This document shows positions 15,687 to 24,774 of a stretch of DNA of 64,000 nt, piece after piece. Source of the DNA: Deltaproteobacteria bacterium UBA5756 (GTDB taxonomy: Bacteria; Desulfobacterota; Syntrophorhabdia; Syntrophorhabdales; Syntrophorhabdaceae); assembly GCA_002418985.1 (NCBI GenBank), contig DIFE01000081.1, positions 1,822 through 65,821 on the forward strand. Direction: 5' to 3'. The position numbers were made by a program, and so were the translations under genes. The notes beneath the pieces were generated by a model. It was not told the DNA's origin, searched no databases, and was given only the letters and a program-made list of their open reading frames with translations. Each line of letters opens with the position of its first letter. Position 1 is the stretch's first letter.

Positions 15687-18347
15687 TTATCGCCTCAATG
15701 TAAAGGAACGCGGCGGGTTTCCGGAATGGGTTTCGCCGCCCTGCCATTTTTTCTTGATCGTCACCGTTTTCCCATCATCATTCCATTGGACATGAAAGGG
15801 GTATAGCGTTCCCTGAAGTTCGTTATTGTTTGTTCCAATGGTAAAGGTGGCCTTTGCGGTAATCGATCCCACTGCTTGCGACACCCTCATATCCTGCAGG
15901 TATTGGTTTATGACCCCGGGGCTGTTGAAGCTCAGTATAACCGAAACGGTCTTTCCCGATAGTGAGCCGGAGACGGGGATGCTGCCGCCTGGGGTTTGCA
16001 TGGAACCGCTGACGCTGGAGCCGGACTGGCTGAGGCTCATCTTGCCGTTGAACCGGCCCTTCGAATCGACCGCGTTCCATGTCCCGTTCAGCGAGAACTG
16101 GGTGGCGGGAAGTTTCGCCGCCGTGTAGGCCCTGCCGACAGGTATGTTCGTATCCGGCTGCCTGGTCGGGGTCGTCCCGGTGGATGTTCCGGGCTTGCTC
16201 GACCCACCCAGGATCGCCGACATGAGGTCTCCGAGCGGGTCGGGTTTTTCTCCTTTCCTGACCACCGTTACGCTGTGGAAGGCTTGGGCCAGCTTGACCG
16301 GTTTCGGCTGATACTTCATCCACAACTCTGCCGTGACGTGATATGTTCCCGGAGCACTTGCCGGAAAGGAAATGGATTTGCTGTAATTATATCTCCTGCC
16401 GTTCACCACCCAGCTGTAGTAAAGTGCCGAAGCCGGCACGTTTGTGTCACCGACGGCGGCATTAAGTTCAATCCCGTCCCCCACTTCGACCGAGGACGGC
16501 CCGCTGACGGAGATAGACCCGTTTGCAGGATCAGGACCTGCGGCAACGAAAACATGGGCCGCGTCCCCCGCCTTCACCCATTTGCCGCCCACCGCCTGCC
16601 AGACGACGACGCGGACGGTGTTCCGGCCCGCCCGTGTCACCTTCAAGGACTCCCTGTCGCCGTTGCCTCCGAATTTCGCGCCGTCTACAGACCAGCCGAA
16701 GGTGTAGGTCGCCTCCTTGTCACTGTTGCTGAGCTGTTTCACCTGCGCCCTGAAGGAGGCGTCCTCGCCCACCTTGCTTTCGCCGGGCCCGCTCAAGCTC
16801 ACGCTGATCCTGCGCTGTTCGGCGACGATCTTGTGGACGGCGTCCCCGAGAAGCACGTTTCCTGTGCCGGGGCGATGCACATAGACGACAAGGCTGACGA
16901 TGTATGCCCCCGGATGAATGAGATTCCTCTTGAACCTGGCGGTGGAGGCAAGCACCGTATTATCTCCCGCGAGACGCCATGCGTACTTGAGAGCGGGCTT
17001 GACCGCTTCCGTAGCTTCGACCTCAGCTTCAAGCTCCACGACGTCGCCCGTGAAAGCCTGACCCGTGCCGTTGATCTTAACGGTTATCCGCGGCTTTAGA
17101 TTGAAATTGACGAGAACGGGCGTCTCGGCGCTTTTCTCGTCCCTGGGCCTTACGGCGATCTTGCGGGTCTCCGGGGCAAATCCGTCCGCCTCGGCGGTGA
17201 ACGTGTACGTCCCGGAAGGGACCTTGTCAAACCGGGCGTCCCCGGTCTCACCCGTTGTCTCAGGAGACCGGGAAGACATGCGGACCTTTGCATCGGCAAC
17301 GGGAATGGAACCGGACCTCACCGTGACGACAATGGTGCTCAGTATGGGCTCCAGCGTCACCGTGCGGCTCTCTTCCCTTGATGGGGCAAGCTGCACCGAT
17401 TCCGAATATCCGAGAAAACCGTCCGCCGAGACGCGAAGGGTGTACGTCGCCGGCTTCACGCCCTTTGCCGTGACGGCACCGTCCTTTCCGGTTGTCCCGC
17501 TGTATGTGACATTACCGGTTATTGTCACGTGGGCGCCGCTCACCGGGATTCCCTGGCTGTCCCTGACCTCAATTTTCATTTCCCTCAGGTTTATTCTCGT
17601 CTTGTCGATAACTTCTTTTCGTGCCTCTTCCAGGTCTTTCTTCGTCTTTCCCTCGTCGGAAGAAAAGCTGTTATAGCCCTGGTGCTTCTGCATCAACTCT
17701 CCCCAGCTTTCCGTCTTTATGCCATTCCAGGCGCTGTTGTCAAAGCTCTTGAAATTCCCTTCCGAGCCTCCATGCGCCCAGAGGTCGAAAGAATAGGGAA
17801 CCCCGTCAATAACGACAACCGGGGCCACGTGGTTGATATTCGCATCCAGAAAATATCCGCTGTTGAGGGCCTGCAAACCGTCCTTGTATCCTACAATGGA
17901 ATGTATCTGGCCGCCATCGAACCCTGCCCCCTTGAGCGTCTCCGTCAGGGCATCATTCAAATAGACGCACGTCCCCACCGACCCGTCGCCGTACCTCACC
18001 GAGGCGTCAATGCGACCTGCGAGAGATGTATTGGGGGTGATGCCGTTCCTTTCAAGCTCTTTTGCGACTTCCGTGGCGACGTATCTTGCCTTGTCGAGCT
18101 CATTCGCGGGGGCGTTTGCCTTGAGCTGTTCACCGTACTTCTTCCAGTAATCGGGGGTTGGAACCGGAGTTTTCGTGCTTTGTGTATCGGGAGCCGGATA
18201 CCCATGGTCTTTCCGAATATCACTCGGCAAAGGTCTGTCGGCATATGACGTTCCCGGGACGATCACCGCAAGGAGCGCGATACAGACGGCAATAGATATA
18301 CAATACTTGAGGGTCCGGGCGTTGCGTGTTCGGCGCTGACTGTCCAT
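15687..18347 (-). CDS. Large secreted multidomain protein (CarboxypepD_reg-like and PKD-like repeats)
   Basis: The start was moved to the ATG at 18347 (RBS GGGAGA 6 nt upstream; signal peptide ...CIALLAVIVPGTSYA). It has two Ig-like CarboxypepD_reg-type modules (SGAHVTITGN...GKDGAVTAKGVKPATYTL; ADAKVRMSS...FDKVPSGTYTF) and three PKD-like repeats (YAWRL, FGWSVDG, YSWVVNG). Confidence 0.7.
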   Translation of the reverse strand: MDSQRRTRNARTLKYCISIAVCIALLAVIVPGTSYADRPLPSDIRKDHGYPAPDTQSTKTPVPTPDYWKKYGEQLKANAPANELDKARYVATEVAKELERNGITPNTSLAGRIDASVRYGDGSVGTCVYLNDALTETLKGAGFDGGQIHSIVGYKDGLQALNSGYFLDANINHVAPVVVIDGVPYSFDLWAHGGSEGNFKSFDNSAWNGIKTESWGELMQKHQGYNSFSSDEGKTKKDLEEARKEVIDKTRINLREMKIEVRDSQGIPVSGAHVTITGNVTYSGTTGKDGAVTAKGVKPATYTLRVSADGFLGYSESVQLAPSREESRTVTLEPILSTIVVTVRSGSIPVADAKVRMSSRSPETTGETGDARFDKVPSGTYTFTAEADGFAPETRKIAVRPRDEKSAETPVLVNFNLKPRITVKINGTGQAFTGDVVELEAEVEATEAVKPALKYAWRLAGDNTVLASTARFKRNLIHPGAYIVSLVVYVHRPGTGNVLLGDAVHKIVAEQRRISVSLSGPGESKVGEDASFRAQVKQLSNSDKEATYTFGWSVDGAKFGGNGDRESLKVTRAGRNTVRVVVWQAVGGKWVKAGDAAHVFVAAGPDPANGSISVSGPSSVEVGDGIELNAAVGDTNVPASALYYSWVVNGRRYNYSKSISFPASAPGTYHVTAELWMKYQPKPVKLAQAFHSVTVVRKGEKPDPLGDLMSAILGGSSKPGTSTGTTPTRQPDTNIPVGRAYTAAKLPATQFSLNGTWNAVDSKGRFNGKMSLSQSGSSVSGSMQTPGGSIPVSGSLSGKTVSVILSFNSPGVINQYLQDMRVSQAVGSITAKATFTIGTNNNELQGTLYPFHVQWNDDGKTVTIKKKWQGGETHSGNPPRSFTLRR

Positions 18348-18527
18348 GGCGTATCTCCCGATATGAGCTTTATAAAGGATATGAGGTCGTACAATGTCCT
18401 CGGCATGCAGAACATATTTAAACAAATTTGCCGCGGAAAATCTATCTATTGCAGTCACGATACCCCGACGCAGCCCGGTTTTGTCCATCGAAAGGGCTTC
18501 CGTACTTGTTCTATTCCTCTTTTGAAT

Positions 18528-19283
18528 ATGCTAGGCTCTGTATCAGGTATGACTTCGACCTGTTCACTATACAGACTGGTGCGTTCAATCAGGCAATCTC
18601 CTATCCGGGTTCTTTTCATCGTTCCCATCTGTCTTTTCCTTGTACAGTGTTCGATAGTCAAGGCGCCCTATACAGTCGTCAAAACAACCATTAAAGGCAG
18701 CTACTATGTAGTAAAAGGCACGTACGAACTCACAGCGGGTACGACAAAAATAGTCTACAAGGTTGGAAAATATACCTTTAAGGTCGTAAAGGCCCCAATG
18801 GACTGGGCGTTTACCAATGAAGATATTGAAACGATCGACGACCTGCCGCCGAAAGAGGCCATCCGCAAAGGCCGGGTGAAAACCGCACCCTACACGGTGA
18901 AGGGAAAGAGATATTATCCCATGTCCGTCGAGAAGGCAAAGTCTTACCAGGAAACGGGCACGGCTTCATGGTATGGCGACGAGACCCTGCGTTACAATAA
19001 AGGACGCATGACCGCAAACGGAGAGGTCTTCGATCCGAAACAAATGACCGCGGCCCACAAATACCTTCCCCTTCCGACCCACGTGAAGGTCACAAATCTG
19101 GAAAACAACCGTTCCATTATCGTAAGGGTAAACGACAGGGGTCCGTTCCCCAGTGACTATAACGCCTCATCAGGTGAACGGATCATTGACGTCTCCGCCG
19201 GTGCCGCCAAAAAACTGGGATTCTATAATAAGGGGCTGGCAAGGGTAAAGGTCGAGACGATAGAACTCAAGCAGGAAGGCTGA
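18528..19283 (+). CDS. rlpA: Septal ring lytic transglycosylase RlpA-family (DPBB domain) lipoprotein
   Basis: GTASWYGDE...MTAAHKYLPLPTHVKVTNLENNRSIIVRVNDRGPF. The start was chosen so as not to overlap the divergent gene (ATG 18528; 18549 is also possible). LVQC is a lipobox-like sequence. Confidence 0.75.
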   Translation: MLGSVSGMTSTCSLYRLVRSIRQSPIRVLFIVPICLFLVQCSIVKAPYTVVKTTIKGSYYVVKGTYELTAGTTKIVYKVGKYTFKVVKAPMDWAFTNEDIETIDDLPPKEAIRKGRVKTAPYTVKGKRYYPMSVEKAKSYQETGTASWYGDETLRYNKGRMTANGEVFDPKQMTAAHKYLPLPTHVKVTNLENNRSIIVRVNDRGPFPSDYNASSGERIIDVSAGAAKKLGFYNKGLARVKVETIELKQEG

Positions 19284-19294
19284 TTTTCCCCGCA

Positions 19295-19729
19295 TCACCG
19301 GGCGACATCGGGATCGATCGGTTTGTCCGTCCTGTAGGATACGCTCTTCATGGTCGCGATCAGAGTGCGCGCCACGCCATCTTCCATATATACATTGAAC
19401 AGAAACGCGCCCGTGCGCCTTGTCGTCGATATAGTCTGTCCCTCTACCACAAGTACGGTGTCCGGACGGGGGCTTGCATGGTAGATGATGGAACATTCGA
19501 GGGCAACGCAGATGGTGTTCCTGTTATTCCCGAGAACGGAAAACGCGGTATCCGCAAGGGAGTAGATGACCGCGCCATGGGGCCGGTCATAGAAGTTCAG
19601 CATGTTCCTTCTGAGGCCGAGGTGCATCCGGATGGTATCGTCCGTCAGTTCGTCGAGAACAATCCCGAGGGACCTGGCGTATTCATCTCTGCCAAACTGC
19701 TTCCTTGCAATTTCCAGGTGTTCCTTCAT
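19295..19729 (-). CDS. PaaI-family hotdog-fold thioesterase
   Basis: 144 aa; the motif HGAVIYSLADTAFS and the size are typical of PaaI/4HBT thioesterases. Confidence 0.7.
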   Translation of the reverse strand: MKEHLEIARKQFGRDEYARSLGIVLDELTDDTIRMHLGLRRNMLNFYDRPHGAVIYSLADTAFSVLGNNRNTICVALECSIIYHASPRPDTVLVVEGQTISTTRRTGAFLFNVYMEDGVARTLIATMKSVSYRTDKPIDPDVAR

Positions 19730-19745
19730 GGGCAGCCCTCACGTG

Positions 19746-20642
19746 CTATGACAGCGTTCTTCTACTCTCAAAACATCGGTCCCGTCCTGTCAGAGGGTCC
19801 GGGAAAGAGATGGACCGTGCCAACAGTTTCAGGGGGAAGGAAAAGTCATCGTAGGCTGCTGGTTGCACGTTGGGGTAGATCCTGTCATTGATGATCGGGA
19901 TTCCCAGGGCAGCCAGATGCACCCGCAACTGGTGTTTCCTTCCGGTACGGGGGATCAGCCGGTAGAGGGTAATCTCGCCCGTTTCCCGAAGAACATCTAT
20001 CCAGGTCTCGGAATTCGGTATACCCTCGACTTCCCGCATCCGGAAAAAAGGCTTCCCTTCCGCCATACAACTGCGATAGGAAACAGGAAAGCTGCGCCCC
20101 GGAAGGGTGGGGGCCAGCGCTTCGTAGACCTTCTCCACCTTTCGCTTCTGGAAGAGCGATGCATAGTCACCCCGCGTTCCGGGGTTAACGGAAAATATGA
20201 CGAGGCCCGCGGTCTCCCTGTCGATACGATGGAGGGGCACAAGATCTTCCAGCACAAGCTTCTTCTTCAAACGGACGAGAAGCGTCTCATGAAGAAATAC
20301 GCCGGAAGGCACGACAGGCAAAAAATGGGGCTTATCCGCCACCAGGATGTGATCGTCCCGGTAAAGGATGTCTTCCTCGAAAGGGATCGGCGTTTCCTCC
20401 CGCGGTTCGCGGTAGTAAAAGACAAACCCTCCCCGGCGACAGGGAGTGTCGGGCCCTATGGGCACTCCTTTTTCATCTACCACCTGCCCCTTGTTCATGC
20501 GCGAGATCCAACTGGCTGATGTCACCTTCGGAAATCGTTCCTTCAGATATTCAAGAATGTTCTGCCCCGAACTGCAGGAGATTCTGAGACAGCTCGGTCC
20601 CACGCCTTCGATTGTAGGAAGAGGTATATTCATCGGTTTCAT
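19746..20642 (-). CDS. RluA-family pseudouridine synthase
   Basis: Catalytic HRIDRETAGLVIFS motif and KVYEALA; the size is typical. Confidence 0.8.
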   Translation of the reverse strand: MKPMNIPLPTIEGVGPSCLRISCSSGQNILEYLKERFPKVTSASWISRMNKGQVVDEKGVPIGPDTPCRRGGFVFYYREPREETPIPFEEDILYRDDHILVADKPHFLPVVPSGVFLHETLLVRLKKKLVLEDLVPLHRIDRETAGLVIFSVNPGTRGDYASLFQKRKVEKVYEALAPTLPGRSFPVSYRSCMAEGKPFFRMREVEGIPNSETWIDVLRETGEITLYRLIPRTGRKHQLRVHLAALGIPIINDRIYPNVQPAAYDDFSFPLKLLARSISFPDPLTGRDRCFESRRTLS

Positions 20643-20771
20643 GATTTTACCACAAATAAACGCACATCGTCTCTACACCTGTCACGGCATTCCGCAAAAA
20701 AACTGCTTGTATATCTTCCCGTTTGAATAGATAATGAGCTACAGTCAAAAAGTTGAGGAGGTACGACCGCA

Positions 20772-21260
20772 ATGAGCCATATCTCGAGATTCCTCGTTAT
20801 ATTTCTGGCAGTCTTCCTGTTCCTTTCGGGCGCGGCAAGCGCACAGTGGGTCTACCTGGGAAGAAAGGCCATAGGAAAAGTAAAGCAATTCACCAGCGAA
20901 CCGGCAGGCAGCCAGGAGTCGCAGCCCGCCGATCAATCACAGAAAACCCCTCAGCCCGGATACGATGTCGCCACAGTCCTCCTCAAGGCCCCCGCCGACA
21001 GAGTCTACAAGACCGCCATCAACGTATTGCAGGCAAACAAGGATATCAGGATAAGCAAGAAAGATGACAAAGCACTCAGCATAGAGTTCGTCGACGGCAG
21101 CCTCGCGGTGGGGATGCAGATAAGCCCCGTCTCGGAGAAGGTCAGTCAGCTTCTCGCGGTTTCCACAACATCGGGAAAACAGGGCACTTCAATTGTGCTC
21201 AACGGGATCATGCGGGTATGCAAAGAGATGGGCGTACAATGCCAGTCCGCCGATAAGTAG
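20772..21260 (+). CDS. Secreted hypothetical protein
   Basis: Signal peptide FLVIFLAVFLFLSGAASAQW; no motif recognised. Confidence 0.5.
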   Translation: MSHISRFLVIFLAVFLFLSGAASAQWVYLGRKAIGKVKQFTSEPAGSQESQPADQSQKTPQPGYDVATVLLKAPADRVYKTAINVLQANKDIRISKKDDKALSIEFVDGSLAVGMQISPVSEKVSQLLAVSTTSGKQGTSIVLNGIMRVCKEMGVQCQSADK

Positions 21261-21347
21261 CCGATCGGTCAATAATCTGTCGTCCGGGCCATGATCGGGT
21301 GCGCCCGGGCATCGCACTTCGATCTGTTACTACCCCATGCATCCTCT

Positions 21348-21373
21348 GTCATTCCGGTCAGGGCCGGAACGAC
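21348..21373. repeat. Small palindromic REP-like element (GTCATWCCGG-N6-CCGGWAY family)
   Basis: gtcattccggtcagggccggaacgac. Related copies lie at 46502-46527 (reverse orientation) and 23465-23482. Confidence 0.6.
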
Positions 21374-21450
21374 ACCTGGAAAAACCGGAATGAAATTTCC
21401 CGTTGATTAGATGTTCAATTTTAACATATTCTAACTGAAAGGAGAATATA

Positions 21451-21825
21451 GTGAGGCTACAAGAAGTCAGAGAGATACTCGACGCGGATATTATTGTTGG
21501 TAAAGACCAGATGGACATGGAGGTAACGGCTGCTTTTGGCGCTGATTTGATGAGTGACGTTTTGGCTTTCGCCAAACCGGGAAGTCTTTTGCTCACCGGG
21601 CTTACAAATCCCCAGATTATTCGTACATCCGATGTTCTTGACATTGCGGCCATCATACTGGTGCGCGGAAAACAGCCTTTGCCGGAAACGGTACAGCTTG
21701 CGGAGGAACTGCGAATCCCGCTTCTCACCACACAATACATCCTCTTTGAAGCAGTCGGCAGACTGTACAGCAAAGGTATCGTTGGCTGCATAGAAAAGGT
21801 CGGCAAGACACGTGACTTCTCATGA
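21451..21825 (+). CDS. DRTGG-domain protein
   Basis: 124 aa; LLLTGLTNPQIIRTS...AAIILVRGKQP resembles the DRTGG domain. Confidence 0.55.
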   Translation: MRLQEVREILDADIIVGKDQMDMEVTAAFGADLMSDVLAFAKPGSLLLTGLTNPQIIRTSDVLDIAAIILVRGKQPLPETVQLAEELRIPLLTTQYILFEAVGRLYSKGIVGCIEKVGKTRDFS

Positions 21826-22258
21826 GACTTATGAGAGGTCCTTTCCCGTGGAAGCGGGATTCGAGAACGCCGGGCGTGTCGCCGGTCAGGTAAAGGCACT
21901 GCTGACAGATATGAGTCTCCCCAGGCAGGTGATCCGGAGAGCCTCCGTGGTCACCTATGAGGCGGAAATGAACATCTGTTCCTATGCAAACCGCGGCGCG
22001 ATAGCGCTCCGGGTAACACCCAAATTCATAACCATCGAAGCGATCGACGAAGGAGAAGGCATAAGCGATATCGGATTGGCCATGAAAGAAGGCTACTCAA
22101 CGGCTACCGACAAAATCCGAAGCATGGGTTTTGGGGCCGGCATGGGACTATCCAATATGAGAAAATTTTCGGACACCTTTCGGATTATTTCAGAGGTCGG
22201 CAAGGGCACCCATTTGAAAATGCTCATACGCATCAGAGAGAGCAACGAGAGTCAATGA
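21812..22258 (+). CDS. HATPase_c-type ATP-binding protein (anti-sigma regulatory kinase-like)
   Basis: G-boxes DEGEGI and GFGAGMGLSNM. It overlaps the DRTGG gene by 14 nt. Confidence 0.6.
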   Translation: MTSHETYERSFPVEAGFENAGRVAGQVKALLTDMSLPRQVIRRASVVTYEAEMNICSYANRGAIALRVTPKFITIEAIDEGEGISDIGLAMKEGYSTATDKIRSMGFGAGMGLSNMRKFSDTFRIISEVGKGTHLKMLIRIRESNESQ

Positions 22259-22396
22259 CGCCCGTATATCTGATGGACCCTTCGGATTGCACAGTGCACC
22301 TTCGAAGCCCCATGTATTACCCCCACCGCCAACCGTAGCGAGGCTATCGACCATGCCGAGGCAGAACCGTAGGTCCGAGTCGGACCAGTCTGGAGC

Positions 22397-22425
22397 TTGG
22401 CCTTTCCTCAACCGTGTTGTATAAT
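22397..22425 (+). promoter_or_regulatory. Sigma70-like promoter candidate
   Basis: TTGGCC (22397-22402), 17-nt spacer, TATAAT (22420-22425), about 20 nt upstream of the ATG at 22445. Confidence 0.4.
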
Positions 22426-22444
22426 CAAATGAGAGCAACGCCTT

Positions 22445-22888
22445 ATGAATCTTAACAGAAAACAAATCGGAAAATTGCTTGAATTATCGGAGAACTACGT
22501 TGTCATCGATAAGGCGGCGTATGATCCGCAGTACCCAAACGATCTCAGGGTTTTAAAATTGCTGGCGAAAGATGACATTGATTTTATAAGCCATATATCG
22601 GGCTATCACATATATCCGGATTATGCCATTGCAAAGATTGTGAATCAGGGAATACGACTTCTGGTCTGTCTTCTCTACCCCGATCTTAAGGATATCCCTG
22701 TCGGCATGATCGAACACATTAAATTGAGGGGACAACTCTATCCAAACGACGAGATGAATATATTGATTAAAAAGTGGCAGGATAGGAGCAGGATAGCAAA
22801 GTTCGAAATTGGAATTGAGAACCAGAGAGGTTTTCTGGTATACGAATCGACAGTCTATGGAACTCCTATTGAAAGAAAACCGGGTTGA
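22445..22888 (+). CDS. Hypothetical protein (AT-rich gene)
   Basis: 147 aa with no motif recognised. One counted 60-nt line was about 40% GC. Confidence 0.45.
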   Translation: MNLNRKQIGKLLELSENYVVIDKAAYDPQYPNDLRVLKLLAKDDIDFISHISGYHIYPDYAIAKIVNQGIRLLVCLLYPDLKDIPVGMIEHIKLRGQLYPNDEMNILIKKWQDRSRIAKFEIGIENQRGFLVYESTVYGTPIERKPG

Positions 22889-23204
22889 CCCGGCATCGGT
22901 TGTCTGTCTCAGATGCGGTGCCTGTTGTCACGTAGACATGATCGCCTATGTTTCTCCTGAAGATATTCGGAGATGGGAAAAAGAGGGACGTCATGATATT
23001 ATTGCCCGGCTGCGTGACAACGTGGTCATCTGGGCGGGCGACCGGATAATCAACAGGTCCGGGGGAAAAGTGACGAGCTGTTATTATCTGGATTGGGATG
23101 GTTCGTCTTTTTTCTGCCAGATTTATGAAACGCGCCCGATGGTGTGCCGCAATTATATTCCCGGGTCGTCCGAACTGTGTCCCCAGTATAATCGAAAAGA
23201 GTAG
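22857..23204 (+). CDS. YkgJ-family cysteine-cluster protein (UPF0153)
   Basis: CLRCGACCH plus the distal C...C cluster (CYYLD...CQIYETRPMVCRNY...CP). The start was moved to the ATG at 22857. Confidence 0.65.
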   Translation: MELLLKENRVDPASVVCLRCGACCHVDMIAYVSPEDIRRWEKEGRHDIIARLRDNVVIWAGDRIINRSGGKVTSCYYLDWDGSSFFCQIYETRPMVCRNYIPGSSELCPQYNRKE

Positions 23205-23464
23205 TTCTCCAAAGACAGGCAGACGCAACGATGGGCGGACAGCGCAAGGCTGCTGGCCGGGGGGCGTTCCCCTCGCCTTTAACTACACGACTGCGTTTCC
23301 GCCCACTTCCAGCGGTATAATTTCATGAGGTTATGGGTCAGGCAGATAATCTGCCATTCAGAGGCGACCTTTTCCAGACCCCGCAGCCGGAAATGCTTCT
23401 ATCGTTAAAGAAGGCTGGGAAGAGCCGGCGCATTCTGGACCCCGGGGTAGGCGTCATAAAAGAA

Positions 23465-23482
23465 GTCATTCCGCGGGATGAC
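23465..23482. repeat. Short palindromic REP-like element
   Basis: gtcattccgcgggatgac is a near-perfect palindrome. It overlaps the stop of the OYE gene. Confidence 0.4.
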
Positions 23483-24599
23483 TTTTCGCGGCCCGTTGCT
23501 TTTCGCGGTCCTCCACAACGCAGAAGACCCCTTTCCCCTTGAAGCCCGGCGTGAAACAACCGCTGTCCGAAACACACCGCGCCGGTCGCCGGTCGCCTGA
23601 TTTCCAGCGGTTCACGAGGTCGGGTTCTCTGATGAGGGGTCTCGAGAGCGAGATATAGTCTGCCGTCCCTGAATCAACCAACTTCTCTGCCGTCTCTATG
23701 GTACGTATCCCGCCCACCAGCATAAGAGGAATTGAGATCTCCGATTTGTATGTTCTGGCCGCGGCCTCGTAGTAAGCCTCGGGATTCCCGGGACCAGGTT
23801 TCCCCGTGCGGGAGGGGGTATTTTTTCCGGAGAGAAAAGTCCCTCCGCTCATCTCAATCCCGTCGACGCCAGCCCCTTCGAGAAACGCCGCGGTGCGGAC
23901 CATATCCGCAACTGTAAGGCCTCCGGGAAGAAAGTCCTCGGAATTGATTTTCACGAGTATGGGGAACTCAGGCCCTGTTGCCTCCCGGACCCTTTTCACT
24001 ACCTCAGCCAGGAGCCGCGCCCGGTTTTCTATGCCGCCCCCGTAGTCATCTTTTCTCTTGTTGAAAAAAGGGGAAAGGTACTGGCTCAGCAGATACCCGT
24101 GGGCTGCGTGGATCTGAACCGCATCAAACCCGGCGGTCCGGGCCCTCGCTGCCGCCCGGGCAAAGGCCTCGGTGACCTCCCTGATGTCTTTTACGGTCAT
24201 CTCCCTTCCCGCGGTTCCCGATTCCGCATCCATAATGGATGGCCCCATGGGTTCGAGACCGCTTATGTGGAAGGCTGCGCGAGATCCCGCATGGGCAAGC
24301 TGCAGGGCCACCCTGCCTCCTGCGCCGTGAATGGCGTCCGCCATCGTCTTAAGCCCGGGAACCAGTACATCCGAGTAGGCCCCAAGCTGCCAGTTGCCGG
24401 CCTGCCCCTCCTTGCTCACGTACGCATGGCCGCTGATAATGAGTCCGACGCCGCCACGGGCGAGCTGTATCTGAACGTCAATGAGCCTCGGCGTAACCGA
24501 GCCGTCATCAGCCGCCATACCTTCCCATGTGGCCGAACGGACAAAGCGGTTCGCCAGGACCATATTCTTGATGGATGTCGATTCAAAAAGTCTGGACAT
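23466..24599 (-). CDS. NADH:flavin oxidoreductase, Old Yellow Enzyme family
   Basis: IISGHAYV, QLAHAGS, GFDAVQIHAAHGYLLSQYLSPFFNKRKDDYGG, LVGGIR. Confidence 0.85.
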   Translation of the reverse strand: MSRLFESTSIKNMVLANRFVRSATWEGMAADDGSVTPRLIDVQIQLARGGVGLIISGHAYVSKEGQAGNWQLGAYSDVLVPGLKTMADAIHGAGGRVALQLAHAGSRAAFHISGLEPMGPSIMDAESGTAGREMTVKDIREVTEAFARAAARARTAGFDAVQIHAAHGYLLSQYLSPFFNKRKDDYGGGIENRARLLAEVVKRVREATGPEFPILVKINSEDFLPGGLTVADMVRTAAFLEGAGVDGIEMSGGTFLSGKNTPSRTGKPGPGNPEAYYEAAARTYKSEISIPLMLVGGIRTIETAEKLVDSGTADYISLSRPLIREPDLVNRWKSGDRRPARCVSDSGCFTPGFKGKGVFCVVEDREKQRAAKSHPAE

Positions 24600-24774
24600 G
24601 TGGGTTCTCCTTGCTTAAAAACCATGCGCACCTTTGAAATAGGGCTGTAGATTCCCATTATACCACAATTTCCTGAACATATTGGCTAATGAGGGGTCCG
24701 ATGTTGAGCGGCATCGATAGGGTGACACATGCAGCCATGGTAGTAAAAACTATGGTGCAGCCGGAAGGTCCCTG

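Noticed and set aside
15996-17099. 367-aa plus-strand ORF (and 17065-18248 ORFs)
   Set aside because: They are antisense to the large PKD/CarboxypepD_reg protein gene and have Arg/Pro/Gly-rich shadow composition.
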